From: a bacterium
GTDB lineage: Bacteria; UBA8248; JACPRG01; G963555815
Assembly: GCA_965218795.1 (NCBI GenBank)
Contig: OZ244653.1
Span: forward strand, 5,024,001-5,088,000
Length of the DNA stretch: 64,000 bases
Direction: 5' to 3'
Shown: positions 10,651 through 20,313 of the stretch, one piece after another
How the letters are laid out: each line of letters begins with the position of its first letter
Numbering within the stretch: position 1 is the stretch's first letter
Position numbers and translations under genes: made by a program
Notes under the pieces: generated by a model
The model's database searches: none
The model's input: the letters and a program-made list of their open reading frames with translations, nothing else
Told to the model about the DNA's origin: nothing

Positions 10651-11673
10651 CTACGGAGCCTTGACCCCGAGGGCCGGCAGAACCTCGTTCACGTAGATGG
10701 CAAACTGTCTTTCCTGATCGCTTGCGGTCAGGCGGATCGTGATATGGTCGAACCCCGCACCGATATAGCTTTGGAGGGTGTCGACGCACTGTTCGATCGA
10801 ACCGTGGGCGGTCCAGAGCTTCACCATGTCCTCCGGCCAGTCGCGGTCGTAGTAGGCGTCTAAATATTGCTTGCTCTCCCGATAGGCGGCATCCCGGTCG
10901 GGGTTGACATTCATGTTGTAGTAAAGAGAGGTCTTGAAGGTTGACTTGTCGAGGCCCTCTTCTTCTCTCGTGGCGTGAATGCGCGCCAGGAAATCCTTGA
11001 ACATTTCGGGTGTGAGCAGCGTGGTCTGCCAACCGTCGGCGTTCAGGGCAATGCGCCGAAGCGCCCTGTCCACCCCCTCCTCCCCGACCAGCGCCGCTCG
11101 CGGGGTGGCCGCGATCCAGATGGGGCAGGGTTGCTGAACGGGTTTGGGGAGCAGGTTCACGTCCTCGAATGAATAATGCTTTCCGTGATAGGAGGCCCGC
11201 TCGCTCGACCAGAGCTCACGCAGCGCGGCGATGATCTCGACCATACGGCGCGGCCGCTCCTGGCTCGGGATGCCCATGACCTCGAGCTCCTTGGCCGCGG
11301 CCGGGGTCTGGCTGGCGGGGTATCCCATACAGGCCACGAGCAAGGCCCGGCCTTGGGAGAGCACGTCCAGGCTCGCCCATTGGAGCCCGAAAACTACGGG
11401 GTTCCGCTGGACGATGGTCGCCATGCAGGCCACACCCAGCTTGACGCGAGAGGTCCGCCCGGCGATGGCCCCCAGAAGCGGGATGCATTCCAGCCTCGGT
11501 TTACTGAGGATGCTGTCTCCCGCCCAGACGTCGGTCAGAATCCCGGTTTCCTCCGCCTTCACGGCCATTTCCACCAGCTCTCCGGCATCGACAATCCCGA
11601 CGATGACTCCCCGGTTCGGGAGCGTCAGCCCGAAATCGACCTTTTTCTCCGGCAAATTGCTTCTCCTTTGCAT
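10651..11673 (-). CDS. LLM-class flavin-dependent oxidoreductase
   Basis: DVWAGDSILSKPR, RVKLGVAC, SLDVLSQGR, PKPVQQPCPIW. Confidence 0.85.
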   Translation of the reverse strand: MQRRSNLPEKKVDFGLTLPNRGVIVGIVDAGELVEMAVKAEETGILTDVWAGDSILSKPRLECIPLLGAIAGRTSRVKLGVACMATIVQRNPVVFGLQWASLDVLSQGRALLVACMGYPASQTPAAAKELEVMGIPSQERPRRMVEIIAALRELWSSERASYHGKHYSFEDVNLLPKPVQQPCPIWIAATPRAALVGEEGVDRALRRIALNADGWQTTLLTPEMFKDFLARIHATREEEGLDKSTFKTSLYYNMNVNPDRDAAYRESKQYLDAYYDRDWPEDMVKLWTAHGSIEQCVDTLQSYIGAGFDHITIRLTASDQERQFAIYVNEVLPALGVKAP

Positions 11674-11691
11674 CCGCGTGTTCTTGTCGGT

Positions 11692-12909
11692 TCATGAACA
11701 TGATCGGCCCCCGTTTCGCCAGGGACGCACGGGAGCGTGCGTGATCAGCTCCGGCCCGTCGGCCCGGACGATCATTTCCTCTTCGATACAGGCCCCGGCC
11801 ACTTCAGGCACGGAGATTCCCGGTTCGATGCACAGCACCATGCCTTCCTCGAGTCTATCCTGGACGCCCTTTTGAATAAGAGGCGACTCCAGCGTTTCCA
11901 GCCCGATGCCGTGTCCCATGAATGCCCGGCTGTGCGCCCCGTAGCCTTCCCGCTCGAAAACGGCCTGGGAAGCCTGGTAGACGTCGTCGCTCTTCATGCC
12001 CGGCATGCACGCAGCCACCGCGACCTCCGTTGCCTCGGCGCACAGGTCGAGAATCTTCAATACCTCGCCGGCGGGCTCGCCGATGAAGGTCGTTCGGAGG
12101 ACATCGTACTGATAGCCTTCGAAGGCCCCGATGACGTCCATCCGGACAACGTCGCCTTCCTCGAGGACCCGCTTCGTCGCCTGGGGCCAGCGGATTCCCC
12201 ACGTGGACCAGGGGCCGGAATGAACCCGGACATACCGGACGAAGTCCGCCCCTTGCCGTATTCCTTCGGCGATGGCCGCCGCGCAGACGTCGGCCTCGGT
12301 GTTGCCCGGAATACACGCGGCCATGGCGGCCGTTTGTGAGGCGTCCGCGATCCTCGCCGCCTCCTTCAGAAGCTCGATCTCGGCCTCGGTCTTGAGCCCT
12401 CGGAGGCCGCGGACGATTTCGTCGGCCGGCTCCCACTTCACCCCCGGAAGGGCGGCGGTGAGATCCCGGTACAACGCAAGCGGCATGATGTCCTCACCGA
12501 CAATACCGGCCCGGGCCTCCGTCAACCCGCGTTCCGCCAGCGCCTCCCGTACCGTGGGCGCAATGATGGAGGTGATCCTCACGTCCTGAATGGGGACCAG
12601 GTCCTTGCGGTAACCCGTCCGGTCCGCCAGAAGAATCGGTTCTCCCTCCGCCGGAAGAAGGAGGACGCCGTGCCCCGCGCCCCGGCTTTCCTTGGAGAAG
12701 GCGCCGGCGGGGAAGGGGGGAAAGTGGTTGGTGAGGAAAGTCAGGTCGCCCATTCGGTCGTAAAAGGAGCGGCCGATGACGAGGAGGAGGTCCAGTTTCC
12801 GCTCCGTCATGGCCTTCCGGGCCCGATCAAGCCGATCGGGGATTTCCGACTGGGGCGTCCCCGCCCCTTCCATGCGAACCATTTGGAATCCACCTCCAGG
12901 AAGGATCAT
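11692..12909 (-). CDS. M24 Xaa-Pro peptidase family protein
   Basis: KTEAEIELL, D...D, GHGIGL, IEPG, IEE metal ligands; start may be 12882. Confidence 0.85.
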   Translation of the reverse strand: MILPGGGFQMVRMEGAGTPQSEIPDRLDRARKAMTERKLDLLLVIGRSFYDRMGDLTFLTNHFPPFPAGAFSKESRGAGHGVLLLPAEGEPILLADRTGYRKDLVPIQDVRITSIIAPTVREALAERGLTEARAGIVGEDIMPLALYRDLTAALPGVKWEPADEIVRGLRGLKTEAEIELLKEAARIADASQTAAMAACIPGNTEADVCAAAIAEGIRQGADFVRYVRVHSGPWSTWGIRWPQATKRVLEEGDVVRMDVIGAFEGYQYDVLRTTFIGEPAGEVLKILDLCAEATEVAVAACMPGMKSDDVYQASQAVFEREGYGAHSRAFMGHGIGLETLESPLIQKGVQDRLEEGMVLCIEPGISVPEVAGACIEEEMIVRADGPELITHAPVRPWRNGGRSCS

Positions 12910-12933
12910 GAGGCGAGACGCACGACCGCGCGC

Positions 12934-14181
12934 TCAGCCGGTCTGGGCCCGCCTCAGGTATTCACGGATCAAGCAGGAGAAAACGGCGACGCCGAACGGC
13001 AGGACGTCCTCATCGATGTCGAAACGCGGATGGTGAACGCTCTGTATGATGCCCCGCTCCTCGTTGCCGCATCCAAGACGGAAAAAGGCGCCCGGCACCT
13101 GTTCCAGGAAATAGGAGAAGTCCTCGGAGGCCATGATGGGAGGGATTTCCTGCACGGCTTCTTCATCCATGTCCGCCCCGAGGGTTTCTGCGAGGAAGGC
13201 CGTGCAGTCCGGATCGTTGATCATGACGGGATAACCTTCCTGGAGCTCGACCTCGGCCGTTGCGCCGAACCCGGCGGCCACCTGAACGGCCATGTCATGG
13301 ATGCGCGTCTTGGTGAGGTCGCGGATCTTCTGATCCAGCGTTCTCAAGGTTCCGATCATCCGCGCCGATCCCGGAATCACGTTGAAGGTATTCCCGGCCG
13401 TGAGGCTTCCGAAGCTCAAAACCGCGCTTTCCATCGGGTTGACGTTTCGGCTCACGATGGTCTGAAGCGCGGTGAGTACGTAGGACGCCGTCACAATCGG
13501 ATCGATGACCGTATCGGGACGCGCCGCGTGTCCCCCCTTGCCGATGATGGTGATCTCGACCCGGTCGAAGGCGGCCATGGCGTGCCCCGGTGTCAGCCCA
13601 ACGGTCCCGACCGGGAGAGAATGGACCATGTGCGCGCCGAAGATGGCGTCCACGGACGGGTCGGAAAGCGCGCCGTCTCGGATCATGGCCGCGGCGCCCG
13701 CCCGCCCCTCCTCCGCGGGCTGGAAGATGAACTTGACCTGGCCGGACAGGTCGCCGAGAAACTCGGGGTGCTCGGCCAGGAAACGGGCGGTTCCCAGAAT
13801 GATCGTCGTATGGGCGTCATGTCCGCAGGCGTGCATGACGCCCGGCCGCGTCGAAGCGTACGGGACGTCATTCTCTTCGTGAATGGGCAGGGCATCCATG
13901 TCGCCGCGGATGGCGACGGTGGGTCCCTTCGTATCGTCCCGAAGGAGGCCGACCACGCCGGTCTGACCCACCCCCGTACGATGGGGAAGGCCGAAGGATC
14001 GAAGATTTTGCGCCATCATCCCGGCCGTCCGGGTTTCCTCGAAGGCCAGCTCGGGGTGCATGTGCAGGTCTCGCCGGATTTCGACCAGCCAGGGCTTATA
14101 GGATTCGGTGATTTCGGAGAGGAGTTCTTTCATCGATTGTTCCGATGACCAACCGAGAGAAGGGACCGAATGGACCTTCAT
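12934..14181 (-). CDS. M20 amidohydrolase (hippurate hydrolase-like)
   Basis: HMHPELAFEE, RGDMDALP, MHACGHD, FQPAEEG, SEDF, HHPRF. Confidence 0.9.
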   Translation of the reverse strand: MKVHSVPSLGWSSEQSMKELLSEITESYKPWLVEIRRDLHMHPELAFEETRTAGMMAQNLRSFGLPHRTGVGQTGVVGLLRDDTKGPTVAIRGDMDALPIHEENDVPYASTRPGVMHACGHDAHTTIILGTARFLAEHPEFLGDLSGQVKFIFQPAEEGRAGAAAMIRDGALSDPSVDAIFGAHMVHSLPVGTVGLTPGHAMAAFDRVEITIIGKGGHAARPDTVIDPIVTASYVLTALQTIVSRNVNPMESAVLSFGSLTAGNTFNVIPGSARMIGTLRTLDQKIRDLTKTRIHDMAVQVAAGFGATAEVELQEGYPVMINDPDCTAFLAETLGADMDEEAVQEIPPIMASEDFSYFLEQVPGAFFRLGCGNEERGIIQSVHHPRFDIDEDVLPFGVAVFSCLIREYLRRAQTG

Positions 14182-14258
14182 GTCCGGCAGGACCTGACCG
14201 GCAACGGCGATGTCAGGGCATGATTCATGCCGGCCCGATCCGCCTTTCGGGGTTCGCC

Positions 14259-15113
14259 CTAACCCGCGCCGGTTGCCGCCAGGATGGCCCGTCGGCAGTG
14301 AACCCGGGCCAATTGTGCGCGGAATTCCCTTGAAGCAAACAGGTCTTCCAGGGGCTCGACGCCCTTGTCGACTTGATCCGCGGCGGCCCTCGCCCGATCT
14401 TCGTCAATCGCCCCGTCCTTCAGAGAATCCTCGACGCCCGAAGCTCGGTACGCCCGCCCGCTCAGGCCCGTGACGCCGACGCCCGCATCGATACACTGCC
14501 CGTTTTCCATTGCCAGCTGGACGGCGACGCCGACCACGGCAAACCCGGAGGCCCGCTGGGCGGCCTTGTGGTAGGCGCTGGCGTCGCTTGCGCAAGGGAT
14601 CCGGACTTCTTTCAGAATTTCATCCAGACCCAGCGAGGTCGCGTATGCATCCGAGAAGAACTCGTCGATTGGGATTTCCCGCTCGCCGCTGGGGCTCACC
14701 GCCGCGACCGTGGCCCCAAGCGCGATGACCGCAGCCGGGTAGTCCGCGGCCGGGTCCGCATGGGCCAGGCTTCCGCCGATCGTTCCCTTGTTCCTGACCT
14801 GGACGTCCCCGATTTGGGATGCGACCTCGGAGATCAACGGACAGCACCCCTTCAAGACGTCCGATGACTCGATGGCGTAGTGGGTCGTGCAGGCTCCGAT
14901 ACGGCAGACGTCTCCATCCTTTTGGATGTAGGCGAGGTCTTCGATACGGCCGATATCGATCAGAAACCCGGGCCGCGCAATTCGCGTTTTGAGAAGAGGG
15001 ATCAAGCTGTGCCCCCCCGACATGATCTTGGCTTCTTCGCCATGCTGGATAAGGAGTCCGATGGCCTCATCGATTGTTGCAGGAGCGTGGTATTCGAACT
15101 CGTTCGGGATCAT
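14259..15113 (-). CDS. Molybdenum hydroxylase FAD-binding medium subunit (CoxM-like)
   Basis: FEYHAP, SGGHSLIPLLKTR, QVRNKGTIGGSLAHADPAAD; ATGA overlap with the large subunit stop. Confidence 0.9.
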   Translation of the reverse strand: MIPNEFEYHAPATIDEAIGLLIQHGEEAKIMSGGHSLIPLLKTRIARPGFLIDIGRIEDLAYIQKDGDVCRIGACTTHYAIESSDVLKGCCPLISEVASQIGDVQVRNKGTIGGSLAHADPAADYPAAVIALGATVAAVSPSGEREIPIDEFFSDAYATSLGLDEILKEVRIPCASDASAYHKAAQRASGFAVVGVAVQLAMENGQCIDAGVGVTGLSGRAYRASGVEDSLKDGAIDEDRARAAADQVDKGVEPLEDLFASREFRAQLARVHCRRAILAATGAG

Positions 15114-17458
15114 GGTCGCTCTCCTCTTGTCATCTGCCAGATCTTCTCGGCCCGAAGCGGCATGTCGATGTGCGTGACTCCCCACGGCGCCAGGGCATCG
15201 ACGACGGCGTTGACCAGAGCGGGGGTCGAGCCGATGGTTCCGGCTTCGCCGACCCCCTTGGCTCCGAGCGGATTCACGGGTGTCGGGGTCGTCGTCCGAG
15301 CCAGCTCGAACCACGGCATCTCCGTAGCCTTGGGAAGGGCGTAATACATGAACGACGTGTTGCGCGGCTGCCCGTCCTTGTCGTACACGAGCTCCTCATC
15401 GAGCGCCTGCCCCAGTCCCTGGGCGATCCCGCCATGGATCTGCCCGTCCACCAGCAGCGGGTTGATGACGTTTCCGACGTCGTCGACGGCGACGTAGCGG
15501 AGAATATGAACGTCCCCGGTCTCCGGATCGACCTCTACGACGCAAATGTGCGTACCGAACGGAAAGGTAAAGTTTTCCGGCTCAAAGTAATAGGTGGCCT
15601 CCAGCCCGGGCGTCTCCCCTTCAGGAAATTCGAATCCTCCAATGAGGGCGGGATGATACGCGCCGAGGGACACCGTCAAGAGGTCGACGCGCTTGTCCGG
15701 TGCGCCCTTGACGTAAAATCCCCCCCCTTCGAGGACCACGTCGGAGGGATCGCACTCCAGGTGGACGGCGGCGAACTTGCTGGCTTTTTCAATCACCTGA
15801 TCGCGGGCCACGAGAACGGCCGCGCCTCCGACGGCCGTGGCGCGGCTGCCGAACGTCCCGATCCCGTAATGAAGGACGTCGGTGTCTCCGTGAAGCACGA
15901 TGACATCGTCGATCGGTACTCCGAAGCCTTCAGCCACAATCTGGGCGAAGCTGGTCTCCTGTCCCTGTCCGTGCGGAGAAGTGCCGGTGATGACGGTGAT
16001 TGTACCCGTCGGCTGTATGCGGACCGTCGCGCACTCCCACCCACCCGCCGCCAATGCCGAGGAAGGGCCCATCCCGCAGATTTCGACGTAGGTGGATAGA
16101 CCGATGCCGATGTACCGGCCCTGCTTGCGGGCTTCCTCCTGTTCCTTCCGAAGCTCCGCATAGCCGACCTTCTCGATCGCATTGTCCAGGGCGAGGGCGT
16201 ATTTTCCGCTGTCGTAGACCATTGCGCTGGCTGATGTGAAAGGGAATTCATCCGGATTCGGGAAGTTCTTCCTGCGAATTTCGACGGGGTCCATTCCCAG
16301 CTCGCGGGCGGCGATATCCACAATTCGCTCGACGCAGAAGGTCGCTTCAGGTCGGCCCGCGCCCCGATACGCATCCGTTGCGATCTTGTTGGTGAAGGCC
16401 GCTCTCACCTGCACGTCCATGCTCGAAATTTTGTACGGCCCGGGCATCATGCCCCCGGTGAGACCGACGATGGCGGGGGTCAGCAATTGATGGTACGCCC
16501 CGATGTCCTGGATGACGTTGTATCGAATGGCCGTCATCGTCCCGTCGTTCATGAGGCCGAGCTCCACTTCGCCCACCTGACCCCGGCCGTGTATGGTCGC
16601 CAAGAAGTTTTCCGAACGGCTCTCGATCCACTTGACCGGCTTCCCGAGGGCCCGGCTGGCGAAGCCGACAAGCGCCTCTTCGCGGTAGACGTTCAGCTTG
16701 CATCCAAAGCCGCCGCCCACCTCGGGCGCGATGACACGGACCAAATGCTCGGGGATGCCCAACTGAAGCCCGATTTGGGTTTTCAGAATGTGGGGAATCT
16801 GGGTGGACGACCAGAGTGTGAGTTTCCCGGTTCCCTGGTCGAATTCCGCCAGGGCGCCCCGAGTCTCCATGGGGTTGGGAACGACCCGTCCGTGCACCAT
16901 CCTCTGGCGGACGATACGGTCGGCCTTCTTCATCGCCTCTTCAACCCCTTCCCCCATGGATTGGGTGAAAGCCACATTGTCCTCATACTCATCGTGGACC
17001 TTGGTACTCCCTGGCTCCAGGGCCTGTTCCGGGTCCACAACCGCCGGCAAGGGATCGTATTCAACGTGAATCCTGTCAGCCCCGTCCTGGGCGACGTACC
17101 GGTCCGCGGCCGCCACGGCGGCGATGGGTTCGCCCACGTACCGCACCGTGCCCTGCGCCAGGATTGGGTGATGGGGGATCTTCGCGCCTTCCGGAGCGCC
17201 TGCCGTCGGAACCGGACCGATGTCCCGGGTATCCTCGCCGGTCCAAACCGTCGCCACCCCCGAGAGCTCCAACGCGGCGCTCGTATCGACGGATTCCAGG
17301 CGGGCATGGGCGTGCGCGCTGCGGACGATGGCGATATGCAAACAACCCCGCGGTTCGAGATCATCGACGTAGCGGGCCAACCCCTGGATAAGACGGGGGT
17401 CCTCCCGGCGTTTGACTGGCTCGCCCACGAGCTTCGGAGGTTTCAGGGTTTCGGCCAT
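15110..17458 (-). CDS. Molybdenum hydroxylase large subunit (form II CoxL-like)
   Basis: RREDPRL, VGGGFG, AYRGAGRPE, GQGQET, KGVGEAG. Confidence 0.92.
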   Translation of the reverse strand: MAETLKPPKLVGEPVKRREDPRLIQGLARYVDDLEPRGCLHIAIVRSAHAHARLESVDTSAALELSGVATVWTGEDTRDIGPVPTAGAPEGAKIPHHPILAQGTVRYVGEPIAAVAAADRYVAQDGADRIHVEYDPLPAVVDPEQALEPGSTKVHDEYEDNVAFTQSMGEGVEEAMKKADRIVRQRMVHGRVVPNPMETRGALAEFDQGTGKLTLWSSTQIPHILKTQIGLQLGIPEHLVRVIAPEVGGGFGCKLNVYREEALVGFASRALGKPVKWIESRSENFLATIHGRGQVGEVELGLMNDGTMTAIRYNVIQDIGAYHQLLTPAIVGLTGGMMPGPYKISSMDVQVRAAFTNKIATDAYRGAGRPEATFCVERIVDIAARELGMDPVEIRRKNFPNPDEFPFTSASAMVYDSGKYALALDNAIEKVGYAELRKEQEEARKQGRYIGIGLSTYVEICGMGPSSALAAGGWECATVRIQPTGTITVITGTSPHGQGQETSFAQIVAEGFGVPIDDVIVLHGDTDVLHYGIGTFGSRATAVGGAAVLVARDQVIEKASKFAAVHLECDPSDVVLEGGGFYVKGAPDKRVDLLTVSLGAYHPALIGGFEFPEGETPGLEATYYFEPENFTFPFGTHICVVEVDPETGDVHILRYVAVDDVGNVINPLLVDGQIHGGIAQGLGQALDEELVYDKDGQPRNTSFMYYALPKATEMPWFELARTTTPTPVNPLGAKGVGEAGTIGSTPALVNAVVDALAPWGVTHIDMPLRAEKIWQMTRGERP

Positions 17459-17507
17459 GTGTCAACTCCTCCGTTATGGTGTGGAGGGGATCCGCGATTG
17501 AATTGAG

Positions 17508-17975
17508 TCAGTCCCCAGCCTTGGCCGCACCGCGGATGGCCTCGATGATGTGCTGATATCCGGTGCAGCGGCAGAGGTTTCCTTCAATTCCCCGCCGAAT
17601 CTCGTCGTCCGATGGACTGGGATTTCGGGACAGGAGTTGTTTTGCCGCCATCAGCATTCCGGGCGTGCAGTATCCGCATTGTAACCCGTGATGTTCCCAG
17701 AAGTTCTCCTGGACGGGATCCAGCGTCCCGTTGTCCGCCAATCCTTCGACGGTCGTAATCTCGGAGCCGTCGGCCTGGACGGCCAGCATGGTACACGATT
17801 TGACCGCCATTCCGTTTTGGAGAATGGTGCAGGCGCCGCAGATGCTGGTTTCGCACCCTACGTGGGTGCCGGTCAGTCCCAAGACGCCCCTCAGGTAGTG
17901 GACCAACAGGAGCCTGGGTTCGACCTCATGGCAGTGGGTTGTGCCGTTCACGGTCATTTGAACGGGTTGCTTCAT
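17508..17975 (-). CDS. Molybdenum hydroxylase 2Fe-2S small subunit (CoxS-like)
   Basis: GCETSICGACT, QCGYCTPG, GNLCRCTGY. Confidence 0.92.
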   Translation of the reverse strand: MKQPVQMTVNGTTHCHEVEPRLLLVHYLRGVLGLTGTHVGCETSICGACTILQNGMAVKSCTMLAVQADGSEITTVEGLADNGTLDPVQENFWEHHGLQCGYCTPGMLMAAKQLLSRNPSPSDDEIRRGIEGNLCRCTGYQHIIEAIRGAAKAGD

Positions 17976-18221
17976 TTCTTTTCACCCCCAGGGCGAGTGA
18001 CGATGGTCGGGATGGCCGCCGCAGTCAAAGGGTCCGGCCAACCAACGGGCTGAGGCATGACAAGATTTGATGTCGAGAAGTATACCACACGGTTTTTGGG
18101 GATTCGCAGACAGGCTGCGTCTCCCGAAGAATGTGGAAAAGCGAATGGACCTGCAAGGCGCCATTTTCTCTTTCAGGTCGAGTCAGGGGAGATTCGGAAC
18201 GGATTCCGAGCCGGCGGGTGA

Positions 18222-18878
18222 TCAGGATTTCACCTGATACAGGCTTTCCCAGGCGGGGATCTGACGATCCGCCTTCCCGGTCGCTACTTCAATCACGATG
18301 TCCTGAAGTGTTCGGGTGGTTGCGTACTTTTCAATGACCAAGCGGTTCAGGTTCACGTGGAATGTCTCGTCCCGCCCGAAAACGGCATACATGTCCGCCA
18401 CCCTGCCGTACCCGAACTTGCGGCAGCCCTCTATCAGGACGTCATTGACGGCCAGGGCCGCGGACTCGCCGATGTAAGAACCCGAAAACCCGGCGAGAAA
18501 GTGCTTCCTCAGGTTCTCCAGCGTGACCTCGTGCCAGTTCTTCTCCTCTGGAAGCTGGGTGCCGGGTCCTCCGCTTTCGGGGTATTCCGCGCGAAGCCTT
18601 TCGATGGTGCGGGTGAAATCACGGAAATGCCGAACCTCGTCGTGAATGAATTTCCCTATGGCCACAAAGATGTCTCTGGGGATTTCCGGGCCCATCTGAA
18701 TAAAGGCCGAGGACATCAACTGGGCAATCTGAAGCTCGCGCAGATTCCTCTGGTCCATCCACCGCAGCATATTGTTGACGCCGGGCTCCTGCCGGAAAAA
18801 CGTCTGGACGCAATCCAGGGCGCCTCTGTTGAGCCGGTCCCTCTGTCGATTCAACTCTTCCAAAAAGGCTCGTGACAT
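18222..18878 (-). CDS. Ferritin-like diiron four-helix-bundle protein
   Basis: Two E...DExxH pairs: RE...DEVRH and GE...DETFH. Confidence 0.65.
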   Translation of the reverse strand: MSRAFLEELNRQRDRLNRGALDCVQTFFRQEPGVNNMLRWMDQRNLRELQIAQLMSSAFIQMGPEIPRDIFVAIGKFIHDEVRHFRDFTRTIERLRAEYPESGGPGTQLPEEKNWHEVTLENLRKHFLAGFSGSYIGESAALAVNDVLIEGCRKFGYGRVADMYAVFGRDETFHVNLNRLVIEKYATTRTLQDIVIEVATGKADRQIPAWESLYQVKS

Positions 18879-19006
18879 CGCCTGGAAATTCCTTCGGATA
18901 ACAACCCGTCATTCCTGCGCAGGCCGGGGCAGGCTTTCCGCCGGAACGACGGGGTTCGGCCGGCTGGCGGCGCGAATCGGCGGATCTGCAGCCCTGCCCC
19001 AAACCA

Positions 19007-19810
19007 TCAGATCATCCATACCGCGATCGTGAGGCCGGAGAGAATCAACTGGAGTAGGATGAGTCCCACCAGTTTCGGCCGTTCTTCCCGAACGTAACGC
19101 TTCAGTGCGGCGTAAACCCCCTGCTTAACGGATTGTTGCAAAACCCTTGGCGATCGCTGGTATCGGGCGATCCATTTTCGTGCTCGGTGAAGCCCTGCAA
19201 AGAGTGTCCCGATGGCGGCGCACAACAGGAGAATCCGGTACACCGCCAACAGGTCGGTCTCGGTAAAACTCATAGGGAGCCGCAGAACCAGGGAAAGGCC
19301 CGTAATAATAATCGCGCCGATTACGGATGCCCATACCTTTTTGTAGTGGTTATTGAGCCCTGCCTGGGTCCACTTTTTCGTGACGTATTGAATGATCGGG
19401 CCGACGGGTGCCCATACGTTTTTGGAGTGGTTTTTGCTTTCTGCCGGGACCTTGGCTTCCGCGCGATCAACGACATATTGCTTGAGCGAGTCGGCCAGCA
19501 TCCGGACAGTAAAAAGAATGACGGCCACATCGTCGAGCAGGCCGCCCACTGGTATGACATCCGGTACCGCGTCCAACGGGGAAATGAGATACACGAGGGC
19601 ACCAATGGCTGCCGCCTTTTTCACCCATGGCACGTTCGGGTCCAAGGCGAATCGCCACAGCAATTGTACCTTGTCCCATATTTCCGTGATGGGACCCCTT
19701 TGCATGGAGCCGAGTTTCTTGTCAATCTTCTCGATGTCTTTTTGATCGGCCCGTTTCGTGTACTTCTCAAGTAACCGTTGGCGTAGTCGGCTTCTGCGCT
19801 CTTGATTCAA
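19007..19810 (-). CDS. YkvA/DUF1232-domain membrane protein
   Basis: ALVYLISPLDAVPDVIPVGGLLDD signature plus C-terminal TM helices; TTG start after AAGGAG. Confidence 0.75.
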   Translation of the reverse strand: MNQERRSRLRQRLLEKYTKRADQKDIEKIDKKLGSMQRGPITEIWDKVQLLWRFALDPNVPWVKKAAAIGALVYLISPLDAVPDVIPVGGLLDDVAVILFTVRMLADSLKQYVVDRAEAKVPAESKNHSKNVWAPVGPIIQYVTKKWTQAGLNNHYKKVWASVIGAIIITGLSLVLRLPMSFTETDLLAVYRILLLCAAIGTLFAGLHRARKWIARYQRSPRVLQQSVKQGVYAALKRYVREERPKLVGLILLQLILSGLTIAVWMI

Positions 19811-20313
19811 GATTGGCGCTCCTTCCGTACCCCCCGTACCCCTCGCTGTCTGCCCGTTCAGGTCGTTTCCTCACTTCCGCCACGATGGGATCGTCCTTCA
19901 TATATCACCCTCCAAAAGTTCCTCCGCATGCAGATGATCGCCGGCTCATAACCTGAATCGTACCCGCGTTCGTGCTGATCAGGAATTTCCCATCCTCCCG
20001 AGGTAACAAATGTGACGGATCAATTGGCCTCCGTTTTTCCGGGTGACCGAAAATCGGCGCATGCGGGGCTCCGCCAGAAAGCTGTCGATGAACGCTTTGT
20101 CTCCCAATGGTTTCCCCTTCACTGATTGAAAATGGGTCCTTGAACGGGTCAGGGATTGATTTTCTCTCTACATGTTGCTCGATTTTTTGTACGCTTTTGA
20201 TTGACGGTGCTCTGTCCACGGACGACCTCGGCCTCCTTAAGGAGTTCCGGGGATTTCCGGAGCCGGAGGTCGAGAATCCCGGCCCGAACGCAGGTTTCGC
20301 GGAGCGCCCGGGG

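Noticed and set aside
19905-20219. 104-aa ORF with an AAGGAGG upstream
   Set aside because: No recognisable motif; may be a remnant, but cannot be supported
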